This document shows positions 12,494-27,329 of a DNA stretch of 64,000 bases, in pieces. Each line of letters starts with the position of its first letter. The stretch's first letter is position 1. The notes under the pieces are model-generated. The model searched no databases and was not told the origin of the DNA. It was given only the letters and a program-made list of their open reading frames with translations. Source of the DNA: Ramazzottius varieornatus (lineage: Eukaryota; Animalia; Tardigrada); the NCBI GenBank assembly GCA_001949185.1, contig BDGG01000007.1, positions 747,802 to 811,801 on the forward strand. The letters are read 5' to 3'. The position numbers and the translations under genes are program-made.

Positions 12494-15042
12494 CCATTAC
12501 AACAGGCGATACCAGCTGCCCAAATTTTCTTTGAGTTGGGGGAGATGAGCGTGGCCGGACTTGCTGCTTATGGCAAGGTAGCCAAGGGTATTTTCTATCA
12601 CGCGAGAGAGGAAATATACGAAATTTGAGATGCGCTACCTCACCCTCTCCTTGTTAGCGAAGTCGTATGTCTAAATCGGATGGTAAGCTTCATACCGCCA
12701 TTGAAAAAAGACCGTAGTTTTGCTTTGAGCGACACAGTACACTTCTGAGATTCGAGCGCCGAATGTCTGGTAATTGCCTTTAATATCGAGGTCAACACAT
12801 GGACGGTATGTTTTCATTACTGGATAGACACGCAATGTCAATGTGAAAATTATTAGCGGCTACAAGAAAGCAGCTTGGCAGGTGAGCAACCGGGCACAAT
12901 GTGCCAAGCCTATCTCTTCCAGTATTCAGCTAGGAATACTAGACGGGCTGCAAATACTGGATCGCGGAAGAGGAGAGCAGAAGATACCACAGAACTGTTT
13001 CTTTTGCAACAAAGCAAAGTGTCTTTAAATTGTTGGCGCCCACACTTTCCATCCAATGAAAGTTGTCCGCGCTTAAACACTAGAAACCATTGCACGGTTC
13101 TGTCCGCCGCTAGTATCCGGTGCGGAAGTATGACTTCCAGCGTTTTCCTGAGCATCAATTTCAAAGAGTCATATCTCTCTTCCGGGACAAGCGTTTGCCT
13201 CCAAATCTATTGCAATGTGACGAATCATCATTCGGCTCTCGAATAAGCTGTTAGATAATCAAATTGACAATGAAATTGACTAGTCGTGCTGCAAAATCAA
13301 TTTGGCAAAACTGACCGATTTGTGGCAAACGTGGCACTCTCGGTAAAACAATTTTCCCAAACGTCCAGATTCTTTCGAAAATCCTGTTATGTGTTCATAT
13401 AATATAACGATAAACGTTCTTGCAAAAGCTCTATCAGGTTTTCTTCCAAAACTTTAGCTGCCAAAGTAATGCGGGTCGAAATTCGGACATGAAACAAAAA
13501 ACCAAGTTCTGCGTTTCAGGAGCTGGAAGATTTCCGCACCGGATCGACTTCGGCTGAACATAGAGCCCACCCTGTCGTATTTGCCGTGCAGCCCATCGAC
13601 AGCTTACAAGAAGTCCGTGAGGCAGGACGAACTTAACTCTCGCGATCCCGCCAGAGTGTCGCATTTTGCCGGTCATCATTGCAGTCGGTAAAACGGAAGT
13701 TGTTGCTTTCAGAATTCCAGAAGTGGCAGTGAGATAACTTCTGACTGTTATTATGAAGACTCGACTTTCTCTTAATGAACGGTAGGACTGGCTTCGAAAT
13801 CTGTTGAGCCAGGGCACGAAGAAACAATTCAGCAAAGCAGGAAAATCTTCCTCTTGCGGCTTTAAACTCAACGTTCTCTTCTTATTGTCAGCGCACGAAG
13901 CTAATCGTTGCTGCAGAAGAACGAAGAATGTTGGTGGACAATATTTGCCATGGGGAAGAACAGAGAGGACATAAGCCAAATTCACATAAAGTTTTTGAAA
14001 ATCATTGCCCGAAAAGTCACAAGTCATACTTCCGCACCTGATACAAAAACTACTCAAAGACGCAGCGTCCACTTGCGTGTAGTTACCCAAATGAAACCGA
14101 GACGCTGTGTTCACTTTTGTGGCACTATCCTAATCTCCTCTGAACGGGAGTTCGGCAGGCGAGCTCGCAGAACCGTGTTGTGTTCTGGTCAGTAAAAAAA
14201 AGCACAGCCTGGTAGATGTTTGAGCGGCATCAGCCTGTCGAAATCCAAATGCCTCCTATTGCAGATCACTTCGCCTGCGTGGCGCCGTCGGTACAGTCAG
14301 CTGGAAAGAACGGAAGTCACTTCGGCACAGAGCACTGAATTTCTCACTGGAAAAAAGGTCCTCCTCCCGCGTCGCAACAGCGATGATGATAACGAGTAGC
14401 ACCACGAACGAACTGATGATGGCAGTATGGCCTACAGGCGGTTCGAATTTGAAGAACGTTTCGCAGTGAAATAAGGTCATGGTTGTACTAGTGAATTTCT
14501 TACTCTTGGAATCTCGACACCGAGGTTGTCCCTGTTGGCTGAATAGAACCTTCAAAGCAAAATGGAAATCATCTATTGACCTTGTTTCCGCGAATCGCTC
14601 AGATGGTTCCGACCTCTTTCTCATTCATGTCTGGAAGTTGAAAGCGTCCTAGAATAAGATCCGAGGTTCGTCGACCGAGCGAGCCGATGTCGACTGCGTC
14701 GGATGGAACCACAAAGGTTCGGTTGAGAAATCTTGAGGCTAGCTTCCTTCCCCCATCGTTTAGTGATCACGTACCATTCGATGTGGCCTCGTTTACAACC
14801 TTTTAGAAAGACTACATATACCTCTTCGAAACTACATATACCACTGCCACTGCTCGTGTGCGTAGTGATAACGAATTTTCTACGTAGGTACATTCAGAAT
14901 ACCTGGTTACGTAAAGTATGTCCCATTGCGACGCAAAAAGTTCAATAAACGGTGCTTCCAGACCGTCTGCAGAGACCAGAAACCACAGTTATGTGAAGTC
15001 AACGTCAAGCCTGCTGCGCGGTATAGTCTAAAAGCTTACTGG

Positions 15043-15376
15043 GAGTCAAAAGTATATGAGTTGTGTTCGCTGAAGGCCGAGAGTAACACCACTGCGCAAG
15101 GTACTGGTTATCGTCTGCCACGCTAAGACAGTCACCGGGTCGTTAGTCCGGTTGAAAGATATTGGTGTAGGAGTATCAATATTGAATAGAGGAGTGCTTG
15201 TTTTCTTCCCGCAGATCGTCCATTGCGCAATCAAGTATTAGTTCCACAACTAAACGCATGGGACTACGAGACGCGTTGGCGAATCGCAAAGATACGATAT
15301 TCACATCGACATGAGCTTTCGCGAAACGAAAGTAAGTCACTAACCACGCGTTGTAACAAATCGAATTGAGAAACAT
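15043..15376 (-). pseudogene. Orphan, disabled exon 1 of a subfamily A receptor
   Basis: HVDVNIVSLRFANASRSPMRLVVELILDCAMDDLREEN..., then stop/frameshift, then YTNIFQPD*RPGDCLSVADD. No downstream exons recognised. Confidence 0.75.
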
Positions 15377-16242
15377 GTTTCAGTCCCTTATCGGGAAAAC
15401 AGGAGAACGTAAGCCGGAACGATACAGACACCGCACTGTTATACTTCCCGCCAAATTACTCGGTCTCAATGGCAAGTTTACGCGGAGTCCGCACATGAGT
15501 GCTGCTTTGCGGAACAAACATTGTGAGCACTGTAATATACCGTACAGAAAGCCAATAATGGTAAAGAAGGCTGAGAGACCGCAAAAATCGACGATCTGCG
15601 AGGTGCGGGCGCTGGTTCGAATTCTAGGGAGCGGTACGACGGTAACACGATATCTGGCGGAAACAAACAGAAGCAACCCAACACCACCTCGTGGGACGGA
15701 ACTCCCGACAACTTGACATTGGGCCATCTTCAAATTAGTCAATATGATAATTGCAGGTGAATGTTGCACTCAGCTGTCCAAGATTGGAAAGTCGTGATGA
15801 CGATAGTAAGCCGCGTCGTGGAGCAATATTGATGGATCGCTGCAGGCGCATCAGCAGTAAATGCACCGCGCGGATTACGCCTGACAAGTTCGGCACGCAA
15901 ATTTAGCGTACAAAAAGCATCCTTGCAGGCGGTCACATGACTACACACCATTGGTCAATGGTAGCTAAGGCCATACACCCAAGTGTAGGAAGGCATCTGT
16001 TATACGAATGGTAACGGAAACTCACTACTCGAAAGCCGTTCCCGAGATTACTGTGTTTCGATAGTTGCGATGACATCCGTGTCGTAACAGCAGAAAGCTT
16101 ACTGGCTAAAGTCTTCCACACATTTGATTAACGGGATTACTGCGAACTAGCACCACAAAATACAACCTCCAGAAATTACAGGACACATGAACCTTGAAGA
16201 CGCAGAACCGCACTAAATGGAAAGAACATGAGAAGGAGCGTT

Positions 16243-18752
16243 TCAGCTGTACCCAGTACCTAACCAACTTCGAGTGCGGGTAGAGTAGCACCTATCAGGT
16301 GAAGTTATGAGATCTTCAGTATCTAACTCCCATTGAGGTTCCCTTCTTCTTGAACTGCAGGAAGAAACGCCAAGGGCTTGTTTCCCGTCTGTACTCGTGA
16401 ATGCGACTGAGTGCTTTCTCAGATTACCTGGTAATGCGATGCATGGCTATCCCAGCTAGCACACCTATTACAAATAACGCGACAAGCACACCAAGGACGG
16501 TACTGATTAGGTTGCTGACGCGTCCCCCTTGACCTATACACAAGAAACATGTTAATTTACTTAAGATCAACTACTCCTTGTCAAAACAACCGTATTGAGA
16601 CATACAGCGAGGGTTATTGCCCAAGAATCCACAGAAAGGCTCGTTCGGTGGAGCTCCATCTGCAAGGCTTCGATGCCAATCGATTTTCCGACCAGCAACA
16701 GCGGTAAATATACCACGTGCTCCGTCGTATTGCAGGACCGGCTAGAGAAAGGCTTGGCTTAAAAATTTCATACGTCACTACGTATGTTGCGTATGTGCTC
16801 CAGTACCATGAAACATCCTTTTTCTGGATTGAAGTCTTTGACACAGAAATCGACCAGCAAAGTGTTGCCGTGATCTGTACGAAGTATCATGCCGTCCAGT
16901 GCGATATCTCGGTCTGCGAACACACTGGCTAGTGCTCTGCCGTCTGAGAGATTCATTGCAGCGTGGAAGGACTCGTTGAGGACCTAATTGGCCAAACACG
17001 GAATTTATAAGGTTGGAAGCTATTCGGTCAGCAAATGTAAGATGATGCACGCTTACGTATCCAACAGCTAGCACACTGTGGTACACAGACAGTGCAATGT
17101 GTGGCTACAACGTTACAAATTAGTATAGCGGAACTCAGCAAAGAGCATACCGTTCGGTATGTACTGTACAAGTGTACATGAAATTCTTACTTTTTCACTG
17201 GGCCAAAAGACCGCGTCATATTTGACGACGCTCTCATTTTTCAGGACATCCATCAGACGAAGATCTACGGCGGGCTTTTCAGAGGTGCAGTTCGGTGTCA
17301 GTTGCAGCAGAGTTTGCTGACTACCCTGAAAACGTTCGAGGGGCTTAATTTTGTATAACTGCTCCCCCCGGTCTGCGTAGTGGGAACTGCCTTTCGTCAC
17401 GCTACTTACGAGATGATCACTGAAGGACTGGTCGATGGAGCCATACCGTCGTTCGTTTTCGAATGGCTCTACCGCTATGAAGACCTATGGCAAAGTGAGA
17501 AAACTGGATACCTGTCCGCGTTGACCAAAAAATGCACGGTACTCACATATTCCCCGCCGTTCAGCCCTTGCTTACTAGCGGACGCCTGTTAGAAAGTGGT
17601 TACACTACGGGTTCGAGACCGGAGCTTAGTGGTGCATCGCGAGCCACTCACCATGAAGCGCCTGACCGTCTGTGCTGGCATCAAAAGAAGTATCACTGCA
17701 GGCAAACAGCTCATACATTACCCCGTTTAGTTCAAAGGAAGACATTTGAAATTTTAATGAACGGCCAAGTTTATTGTTCCGTTACCTCGGCAGGTCTTTT
17801 GGATTCGATCGAATAAAACGGCGTTGTTCAAGTCCTCGTCGTTGCTCAAATAGAAGAACGACATGCGCAATCCAGTGTAAAGATCCACATGGATGCGCTT
17901 CAACATGGCCTGAAGTCCAATGAAAGTGGGATGCTCCACGTGTACAACCGATACTGTAGTCCAAGAGTACAGTGTTAGTAGTGCAAAGGCTGCGCGGACA
18001 ATCTGGGGATAGCTATAAACGGAGAGTGATATGGTGGTGGAAAAGGGACCGGGTGCGCTGTTGGAAGATTTCACGAAACTCGGAGATGCCACTGCATTGT
18101 TCCAACCTCCACTGAAACAGGATATTGACCCCATGTACTCGGGACCAGCACGATCCGCAGGACACGTGGCTTATTGCATTTCTCGCAGAACGTAGCAAAA
18201 CTCACCTGCCTATCAGAAGAGTATTCCATTCTATAATTACCAAAGCTGATCAGATTGGACAGGACGAAGGTTTTTTACGATTTGTTCAGTAGGGTATGCC
18301 GGGGATGAATGACCCACCTGTACTCAGAGAGCTCAGCTGAAGGACTTCATCGCATCCTAAAAAGTCCAAGAATCTTAACAACGGCATTAATCTGGCGATA
18401 CTCGGTTCCACGTACCAATGTAGAAAAGCAGAAACAGAGAATCGGGCTTGCTCTTTGTGTAGTAAAATTCGGGTATGAGATATACGTAAGCTCCAATATC
18501 GTCACATCTACGAATGAGTGGACTGGTAATGACTGTTACGTCCACATGGAATCCGTACTTCGTCCGTAGATCCTCAAAGCCCATTGTGTACCCGGGAAGT
18601 ATGCTAGGCAGACCCGAGATCATCTCACGAGAAGGTAAGCCATAGATAACTGCTGTGATAACTAGTGTTGCAGAATCACAAAAGCCAAACCCAAATAGAA
18701 GGACAATAAATACAACTCGGTAGTCAGATTCACTAGACCAAAGGAGTTTCAT
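16243..18752 (-). CDS. Cyclase-less ANF-receptor-like single-pass receptor (subfamily B)
   Basis: Signal peptide, LVITAVIYG..LPSILPGY..G, LLTLYSWTTVSVV, DGRALASVFADRDIALDG, FDWKPCRWSSTERAF-overlapping juxtamembrane exon, TM LISTVLGVLVALFVIGVLAGIAM, last exon SSRRREPQWELDTEDLITSP...GTGYS*. Confidence 0.7.
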
Positions 18753-20020
18753 TTTGCTCGACTAGAGCAAAAGTAAGACAAACTAGGTTGGTTCGTTGGT
18801 GAAAACGATGGTAGCGATCTTCGTCGTTTTCCAGCTGGCACCGTTATCCTGTGTTACTGAAAACTAATACGGTATCTTGTCTAGTGCTTGCATTTCCGTT
18901 GGTCCTATTCATCAGGAACGGTAGAAACCAACTGTGGGGGATTAAGCCTTCACGAGCTCACGCGCGGGAATAAAAAACAGTCGGGCCGCGGCCCAACAGC
19001 CTCTGAGGAAAACAGTTGAGGAATTGCAATGGTAAGCCCGACGTCATGGCTCAGATTGCCGTGTTAGCCATGTACGTACATCGCACACATGGAGCCGTTA
19101 CGCAGGCGAAGTCGAACTGGCTTAAATTTGCCGATCCGAATACATGGCTGGCAGTACATTCCCGCAGCGGCTGTTGGGCTGCGGAACGGCTGATAAAAAA
19201 CGATTATAGATCCAAGGGCCCTTGATACTCAATCATCAGAACGCATCAGCGTCAGCTCGATCTGTAAGGAACATGCGGGAAGAATAGAATGTGAACTAAT
19301 ACGTTTTTCCACTCACGCACTAACCTCATCATTCGTGACACTTTAGATTTGAAGAGTCTAAAGTTTGGGATAAGTTGACTGTAGTCCCAAGATGAGACCT
19401 TGTTGGCCAAGAAAGACCTCACATCTAAGGAGTTGCTGAATTGTGCGAGGTATAGGTAATGAATAAGTAGCCGATGGTAAAAAAGTTCCGAGTCTCAGCT
19501 GTAGCCCCATCTTAACCACTTTCCAGCCCTGAATACCTTTGTGGTTATCGCTTCAGTGTCATTAGGATTACTGCCAGTGCGTCACGGCTTGTCATATGCC
19601 ATTCTTACCTCAATACATGCGCGGCGTCGCTGTTGGGGCAATTGACTGCGTTAACAACCGTGCCCGCATGAATATATGGGAACCCCGATCGCATATCAAG
19701 TAACTGAACCGTAATTTCATAATATGAATGGACGAGACAAATATTAAGCTATAGAGAGCTAAAGAAGCGCAGGGTACACTCCGACAGCTAGACAGGCCAA
19801 GAATGTGAAGACTCATATGGGTAGGGTCATTCAAGAATTCACTTCTTCGCAGTTTCACAAATTGTTCAGGGAGCGCGTTTTTCGATTTTGCGCTGAAGTG
19901 CCCATCTGAGGGTTATTCATGATTCTTCATGGAGAATTCAGTGGGCTACCGAACACGCGTAATACATTTTATGTCCAACATCTGGGTACAAAGCTGGACA
20001 AGATAGTAGAACTGGGTTCC

Positions 20021-20161
20021 AGTGAACGCACTACGGGAAATTATGGGGCCATTAAGAATTATGGGACCAGGCCTTTTCGCTATGGCGGTACGGAAGGGAC
20101 CAGGCGGAAACGCCTGGTCCCATAATTTTTACTGGCACCATGATTTCCCATCGCGCGTGTA
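20021..20161. mobile_element. Short degenerate MITE of the CACGCAC/TA family
   Basis: GGGAAATTATGG..AATTATGGGACCAGG / CCTGGTCCCATAATTTTTACTGGCACCATGATTTCCC...CGTGTA; shares the internal GCTAYGGCGGYACGG motif with 9033-9477. Confidence 0.65.
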
Positions 20162-22420
20162 TTGCAATTCTTTACGAGCATGACGCAACATGTCAGGGAG
20201 ACACGTAAGTCCGACCTCGGCCCGAATATGACACCCTAGCAATCCTCGCCGGGGATTTATAACGTATACAGTGACGTTACGCGGCATGTTCGTGAGCATG
20301 AATGCGCATCCGACAGAAGAGAAAAACATTCGCTCCGAACTACGAAATCTTTGTCATCATATTGTCCTCCAGTCATTCTTGTCGAGCCTTTCATATACTG
20401 TAGTACCACCAAATAGCACGAATTTTACATTACAATAGACAACTTGGGTTTTGCGCAGATGGGTTGAACATACGAAAGATTTTTTTGCAGTTTGGCCAAA
20501 ACGATTGCACTTAGAAATGTTAAAAAAATTCAAGATTAATAATACGCTTCGCGATTCACGAAACGAAGGGGGGCTTCGTTCGTGAGTCACGAGGAAGCTC
20601 TCCGCCGATCACAAACTTTGCCGAATCGTCTTCGCTATTACTCTGGCTGGCAATAAGCATTGGGAAGCGTAATCGGTGCCTCGGTAATGCAAAGCTTCCA
20701 CTTTGGTTAATCAGTCAATCAGATCTGCATTTGAGCCGGAACTATTTCAATTTGGTGGCCAATTACTGCTGAGCAAACTACTACGGCCAGCATCAGTCAC
20801 CGTTTATCTCGAACTGCTATGCCTTTTGCAACCTGTCATCGGTTTCAACGAGTGTGTTTATAAACTATGAATATCAAAATCAATTAGTTCTCGTTCGTTT
20901 GATTCGTCTGGGTGTTTTGCGAGGCCCCTAATCTCACGTCAAAAAAGCGAGGTTCTGAGAAATCGCGAAAAGTGAGCTTCTAATCGACGGTAACCAGGGT
21001 CTTTCAGTGTGGCCTTGTCGTTTTCGAAGCTGGAGTTTCAAGAATGTCCCCGACTTCGCTATCAAAATTTTTAATTCCTAACACCATTCAAGATCAGTAA
21101 TGTACTTTCTTGTTTTTTTCAAACACAGGCTGACAGGCAAAGTTCTTCCAATGACGCTCAAGCTAAGGACGTGGGCAGAACGAGTCGGACCAAGTTTTCA
21201 CTTGCTAATCATACGTTCGTAAGTATCGTAACCTAACGAGAGGAAGATTAGTAATTCACTGGGAGAAATGCAATATCGTATCTTATCGAAATGTATCACA
21301 TGACAGTGATTCGACCGGCCGAATATATCACGTCCGAAGATCGATATGGACGGGATATCGCTGAACCAAATATGATAATTGGAAAGATCATATCACGTTG
21401 TATCGATGTACAACTGACATACCGATAAATCGCAAACCCCCGATTGAGAATCGGGAGTCAATGCTATGGTTCGGGGACGCGCAGATAGCGCAGCCTCGTC
21501 CGTACTACATCGTGCGCATGCATCCATCTTTACTTGGGCGAACTAGACAGTCAGCGTATCCAAGTGCGTGGTGACAGACGTTGATTGATTGAGCAACGTG
21601 CACGATCGTCTCGATCAGTCTTTTGTTTACTCTTCGGCTCTTTCTTCATTTCGATACTTTTCAACCTGGTACTAGCTAGATACATCGATGCATCACTGCC
21701 ATAAAATTCCATATTTCGGAAACGAAGTATCAATATCGAGAGATATTATCACAAAATTTCGTCATATTTTATCGTCTTTATCCCATTACTATTCGTGAGC
21801 ACAGACACTGGACTACTGGACCAGTCCCAAAACACCTATTAATTTGACTCGCGCAGTTATCGAGAACCGAATTTCAGAAATCCCAGCCGAAAAACCAAAG
21901 CGGATGATGCGCGACTTGAGTGAAACATAGTAATGTTTGATTTGTTTCACCTTCTCCCATTTTTCGATAGCTTTCAACAACGGTTTCCGCAGATAGACTG
22001 AGAAGTATTCACCATTGAAGCCAAGTCTGGATCGGAGAATTCAGGAATCTGAACCACTCTGCTTTTTATCTGAAGACCTGATCTGGCATCCCACCTGGTA
22101 GCTTGTTCAATTGAATATTTCCCCCACGAGATGCAGCGGTCCTATGATAGTGCTTGGAGGCAGGCTGCTTTTGCAGTATTTGAGAGGTTTTTGAAAGCAA
22201 GGACTTCGACAAGAGAAATAACTTTGTGTTGAAATCCGAATTTCGAGGAACATCACCGCCTGCACTGCTACTGTTTGAAACCCACAGTGCTGACTAATCT
22301 GAGATATCTCAACAAGTGTCAGAGAAAAGGAATTTGAATATGGGCGTGGAAAACACGGCATAGTCACACAGAAAGACCCAATGCAACTGTAACTGGTGTT
22401 GAGACGTGTCTCACGCTATA

Positions 22421-22775
22421 CAGGGTGAACGCGCCAACTTGCTACCGCCTGGAACTTCAGAACCGGGACTATCCTGTGGGTCACTCCCGGTTCTGAATGT
22501 TATCAGCAACAGAACTCTGGGACATCAACCGAGAATTGAAAAGATAATTTCCGAAAACGGACCCATAATTTGCGAAAGTTGTTGTAATTTTCACTTCATG
22601 CCTCGCATAGTTCAATATTGATTCCGACTTTTTGTAAACAGATTTTTGACCAGTAACTTTTCAGGAGGTAGCAACAGGCTGCTAAATCAAGGAAAGCTGA
22701 TTCCAAAGCTAACCAACAATCGCGTCGAGAAAGGCTCGATATAACTGGTGGTAGCAAGTTGGCGCACTCAGGGTG
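22421..22775. mobile_element. Tc1/mariner-like MITE, TA TSD
   Basis: TA-CAGGGTGAACGCGCCAACTTGCTACC ... GGTAGCAAGTTGGCGCACTCAGGGTG-TA. Confidence 0.75.
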
Positions 22776-25519
22776 TATGACGCCGACCCCTGTCTGGCAC
22801 TGCTGGTAGTCCCAGGTGAAATCCGTCGCTTAATCAGGCCGAGCGGAGCGAGGCTCCTTATAAGGCTTTCGAGATTTCAGTGGATGACGAGATTGTTCGA
22901 GCTTTCGGATATCGCAAACTCTGTAGTAAAAAAATATGCGCCACTTGATCCGGGCGACAAAAATGGTTTAATCGCAAACCCTACTCAGCTCGGCATCAGG
23001 GGTGAGCTAAAGGTCTAACTTTGCCTGGGATGTAATTCCGTAATTCCAGAATTTATTAAATTAAATACTCCAGTAACTAGTAAATAGTATTTTTGATTGT
23101 TTTTTAAGATCGTACTTTGGAGTAAGTACAGGCCATTGAACCATGTCCTCGCGTAAATCCCAGCCGAACAAATTGGTTGTTGACAAGTGAGTACAAGGAG
23201 CTAGTCTCACAGTTCTGAAGCCTTATGACAATATCGATACACCGATAATCAAGAAGCAGAGCGAAGCCTTCAAAGCTGACGACGTTAAAGAGACAAACAG
23301 TGCCGACCGGATGCCGGCGAACGTTTTAGATTTTCTTCCTCAAAGACATATGAAACGCTCTTTCTGATTGGCCGTGGGAAGACTAATGGTAGAAAACTAT
23401 TAGAAAGTTTCTGAACGATTGCACCGCTCATGAAACGGGCTGGGCAAGGCAGCCGTAATTTCATGGAAGTTATATTTCTTCCCGTGGCAAAACCGGGACT
23501 TCTCAATGGTACGTAGGTCATAATCGATATGCTCTATTTTTCCTGGGAAGCGAGGTTGTGACGGGAGAAGCGAGAAGACAAAACTGGGAAGTCAGGAATA
23601 AGAAAGACAGCCGTGTGATATCCGTGAGCAATCACGGTCCAGCCATGAATGTTTGTGGCAATAAACGCAAGAATATGAATAAGATCAGGAATATGACGTC
23701 GAGATGCGAGAGTCAAAAATGTTTTCGATCGTCTCCGTCTCGTCTCGAATGTCCTGGAGCGATCGGCGGCACAGTAGCTGAACGCCATGATATCGGTTTT
23801 CAGAATCTACCAAGTCATGAGTTTTTTTTCGTTTGGGTTTGAAACTCACTGCACTCGAACCGCACTTGAAGAACAAAAATCTTCGCTAAAAGTTGTTTCA
23901 CTCCGAAACATTCGCAGGTTGGGGAAAGAGCGATTTCACCGGCCGCGAGCCAATGTAATATGTTTGTCGGCGGAGACAGCTAGTAGTATAACAGTACGAC
24001 CTGCCAGGCTGGCGATGACGAAATATTCTAGTTAGAAGACGTGTATGATGACGCAAGCCGAACAATGTAACATCATGATCGAATGTGACGTGCAAATCAA
24101 GCTCGGTCAGCCGAACAGTACAGTAACCCTTGCGTCATCATACAGGGCGCATTTCTGCGGTTTACTACATCGATGAGTCGTAAATGTCAGCAGTATCTGT
24201 CGTTGCCGGCAGATCATTTTGCATGGCCACCGCTGGGTTGAAGCCATTATACCGTTTTCGAACTTTCGTGTTTTTGGCTATTGCACAGGGCACCTTAGAA
24301 GTTTCAGGCCTTAAAATTGCATTGGATCGTCTTTTGCTAGTCTGAAAGGCTGTTTCCCAGTAGATCTGACTGGATACAAATCATAATTGAGCTTTGGCCA
24401 CAGCAAACTGAAGCTCCAATATTTGACCTGCGTCCAGAGTTATGTTGAGTTCAGGTCACAACGGATGACGTGACTTGCGCAACAGAAACTGCCGTAAACA
24501 GCGATACATTTGACTTAAGACCGATGAGCACAGCTGGAGAATCACCGTCTGCCCACCTTGTGAATATACCATTTGCTAAATCGCAAAATCTTGTTATGGC
24601 AGATAAGTTATGGCAATTATGTTATGGTACTCCATGTTAAACTTTTGTACGTAACATGGTTTGCCATAACAAGATTCTGTATTTCCGCAAGTGATCTAAT
24701 GTTCGAAATCTTCGCACACTGACTGACGTTGCCGAAAAGTTTAATGGTATCCTTTTAGGTTAAAAGACGGGTTCAATCCGTTCAGCTAAAACGAGTAGAC
24801 AGAGATTATTTTCGGTGACTAGTGTGTCCGTGCGCTCGTTTAGCAAAATTAAACGACCTCTTTTAGCTGAACGCAAGGTTTGAGTTGTCCTCTTGGGGTA
24901 TCCAGTGCGGATGTGTCCCTTTTTGCACAGAAACAGCCGTGTTGTAGTGGGAAGCTCTAAAGTGTCTTAAACACGCTTGGATTATGCAGTCACCATCAAC
25001 AACCAATGCTCACATACGACCTCATACTACGAGGTATGAGTACTCCACACGACTTTCCAGTTCACACACTGCGCAATTCGGAACTGCAAGTCATGATAAC
25101 AAACGCAGCTGCAAGACGAAACAGCTATTCTCGGAGCTTGGAAGTCGGTGTATCGAGACCTGATCCGCCTAACATTTTTTAATATTTCACTATTATTATT
25201 AATCATACTTTCCACCCCCATTATCATCCCGGTCTTCCCAGGCGGACGTTCCCGGTCCTGTTTTCTGGGTCGGATTATCCCAGTTCTGTAATTCTGGACT
25301 CATTTAGGTGGGAAGTTCCCGGCATTAGTCCAGGCGTGGTCGGCACGGCATTCACGACGGGCGAACCCGCAGAACTGTCACCGATTCTCGGCACATTTAA
25401 ACAGTACCACCCAGTTAGCTAAAACTCGAACCACATAGCTATTTTGACAGCGAGCAATTTCGGAAACAGCAAGGCGGCTACAGCCGAATTACCTAATGCA
25501 AACCACGGCGCCAGGCCAA

Positions 25520-26405
25520 TAGTAATGTTGGCATATATGAGTATTATATTAAATTAGAACTTATTAGATGCTTAGATGCTTTTTGCATCTAATATATCAT
25601 ATTAACATTTATTTGATGCCTCGGCCGAGGTGGAATATTTATTAGTATTAAATTAGATGAAAGCCAGAGCTATAGTTATCATATTAAAATCAAGTCGCAG
25701 GGCGCTCCGTGTTAAAATTATTATAATGCAAATTTCGGCTCCAGTTGATTAAAGTGATACTTGATTTGCGTCCGCAACAAGCGTGAAACTGTGCGCAGTG
25801 CGCTGTATGCCAGTAAATCTTACGCATCAATCACCTGCGCGTGTTACACTCACGAATGTTCGAATGTGGTGACTTGATTGAAGCAGCTTATTTGATTGGT
25901 GAATGCAGGACTGCGGTTTCGGGGACTCATTTGCATACCCGCCATTCACGCTGTAAAAAACCCATTGCAGCGCGATCCTGCAATGCGTTTGGGATGGCTG
26001 TCTTCCCAAGGATGCCAGCACGGCTTGAAAGAGGGACTTCCCCGAGCACCAGGCAGAACAGACAGCAGCCGCTAAAACTGCTGTTATTTTTGGACGGTTC
26101 CTTGGTAGTATTTTTAACTGATAATTCATGACCTTTTTATTGCTGGAAATGGATGAAACAGTTTTGCTGGTGAAATGGTTAAGAAAAAAAATTATCTTTT
26201 CCCGTTGACATGTGGATCTAAAAATGACGGTAGTATTATAATATGTTAAAATAAGAACTCAGCGATGCAGAATAATTTAATAACATTATGTTAGATGCTC
26301 TGCGGTCGGGGCATGTTGTATTAAGATTATATTAGAACTCTGCTAGCCCGGGCTCATTAAATTAAGATTATATTAGGTCGCGATACGCTCTTGCCAACAT
26401 CACTG
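25520..26405. mobile_element. hAT-like MITE with AT-rich subterminal repeats
   Basis: TIRs TAGTAATGTTGGCA / TGCCAACATCACTG; perfect 8-bp TSD CAGGCCAA (25512-25519, 26406-26413); repeated (T)ATTA(A)A/TATTAG motifs at both ends. Confidence 0.85.
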
Positions 26406-27329
26406 CAGGCCAACTAGCGGTACAGTGGGCGACCGAGCGACGAAGCGCGAAGCACCGGAGTGCGAACCAGCAGGGGTGTTGGTGGCGCAGCCCTTGACGT
26501 CAACGGTAATAAGTCACTACGGTAGTCCATACTCAGTTCTGGACACAACCTTTTTAGAAAAATTTTGGCCCGTAATAGGTACTTTGAATTTAGAATAATA
26601 GAGCTGTTTTGTAGTACCGAATATGTTCCGTCAACTGCAAGAGAAAACCTTCAAAGGTGTGCTTTGACTGTCGAAAAAGAACTTGTGTGCAGAACAGGGA
26701 GGAAAGTTGCGGTCGTCAACGTGCGCCACTTAAGTGAGGTGAGAGCTTCATGGTTTCTGTCTCTGTCATTGCTGAACGAAAACGAGAGTCAACGCTTTTG
26801 GAGAGTATACCAATATATTTACTATCTACTCCCGAAGTTCGAAAAGTTTTACCTCCATCCGGAGTCCAGAGCAGGTAGTTTTGTGTCGTCCGATGTCGGT
26901 TTCTCGAAGCGTTTTCTTCCGCCTGACTGATGTATGGAGGAGACTATTCTTGCTGAAACTGAAACGATTATTCGCTGGCGTCTTTGTTGAGGTTTCGTTT
27001 ACTGTAGTGGCCGAAGTTTTAGCTGTCTTGGTGTGGCTATAGAATACCAGGTAGAGGTAATTTTTGAAAATTTGCGATCACGAAATATTCTCGTACAAAA
27101 CCACGAAATTGGACGGATCAGGGTTTCCAATATCTTGTACGTAAGGCTGTTGTACCTACTATTCTTTACGAAAAGAAGAAACGATAAATTCCGTTAGTGT
27201 TCTGGGCTATACATGGGACCTCAAACGTATAAGTAACAATTTGGCATTTGTCGGGAAAAATCGAACGTATGTGCACTCAGCAGTACGCAAATGTGTACAC
27301 AAACAAAGTAACCCCAACTAAACACCAAA

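Noticed and set aside
13434-14900. 226-aa ORF and neighbouring ORFs
   Set aside because: No recognisable motifs or consistent exon structure.
24042-24693. Small inverted repeats (24042-24144; about 24570-24690)
   Set aside because: Probably old MITE remnants; no TSD or family could be established.
26414-26500. GC-rich GCGAAGC/GGCGCAGCCC segment resembling a transposon end or structured RNA
   Set aside because: No partner terminus or tRNA/ncRNA fold could be supported.
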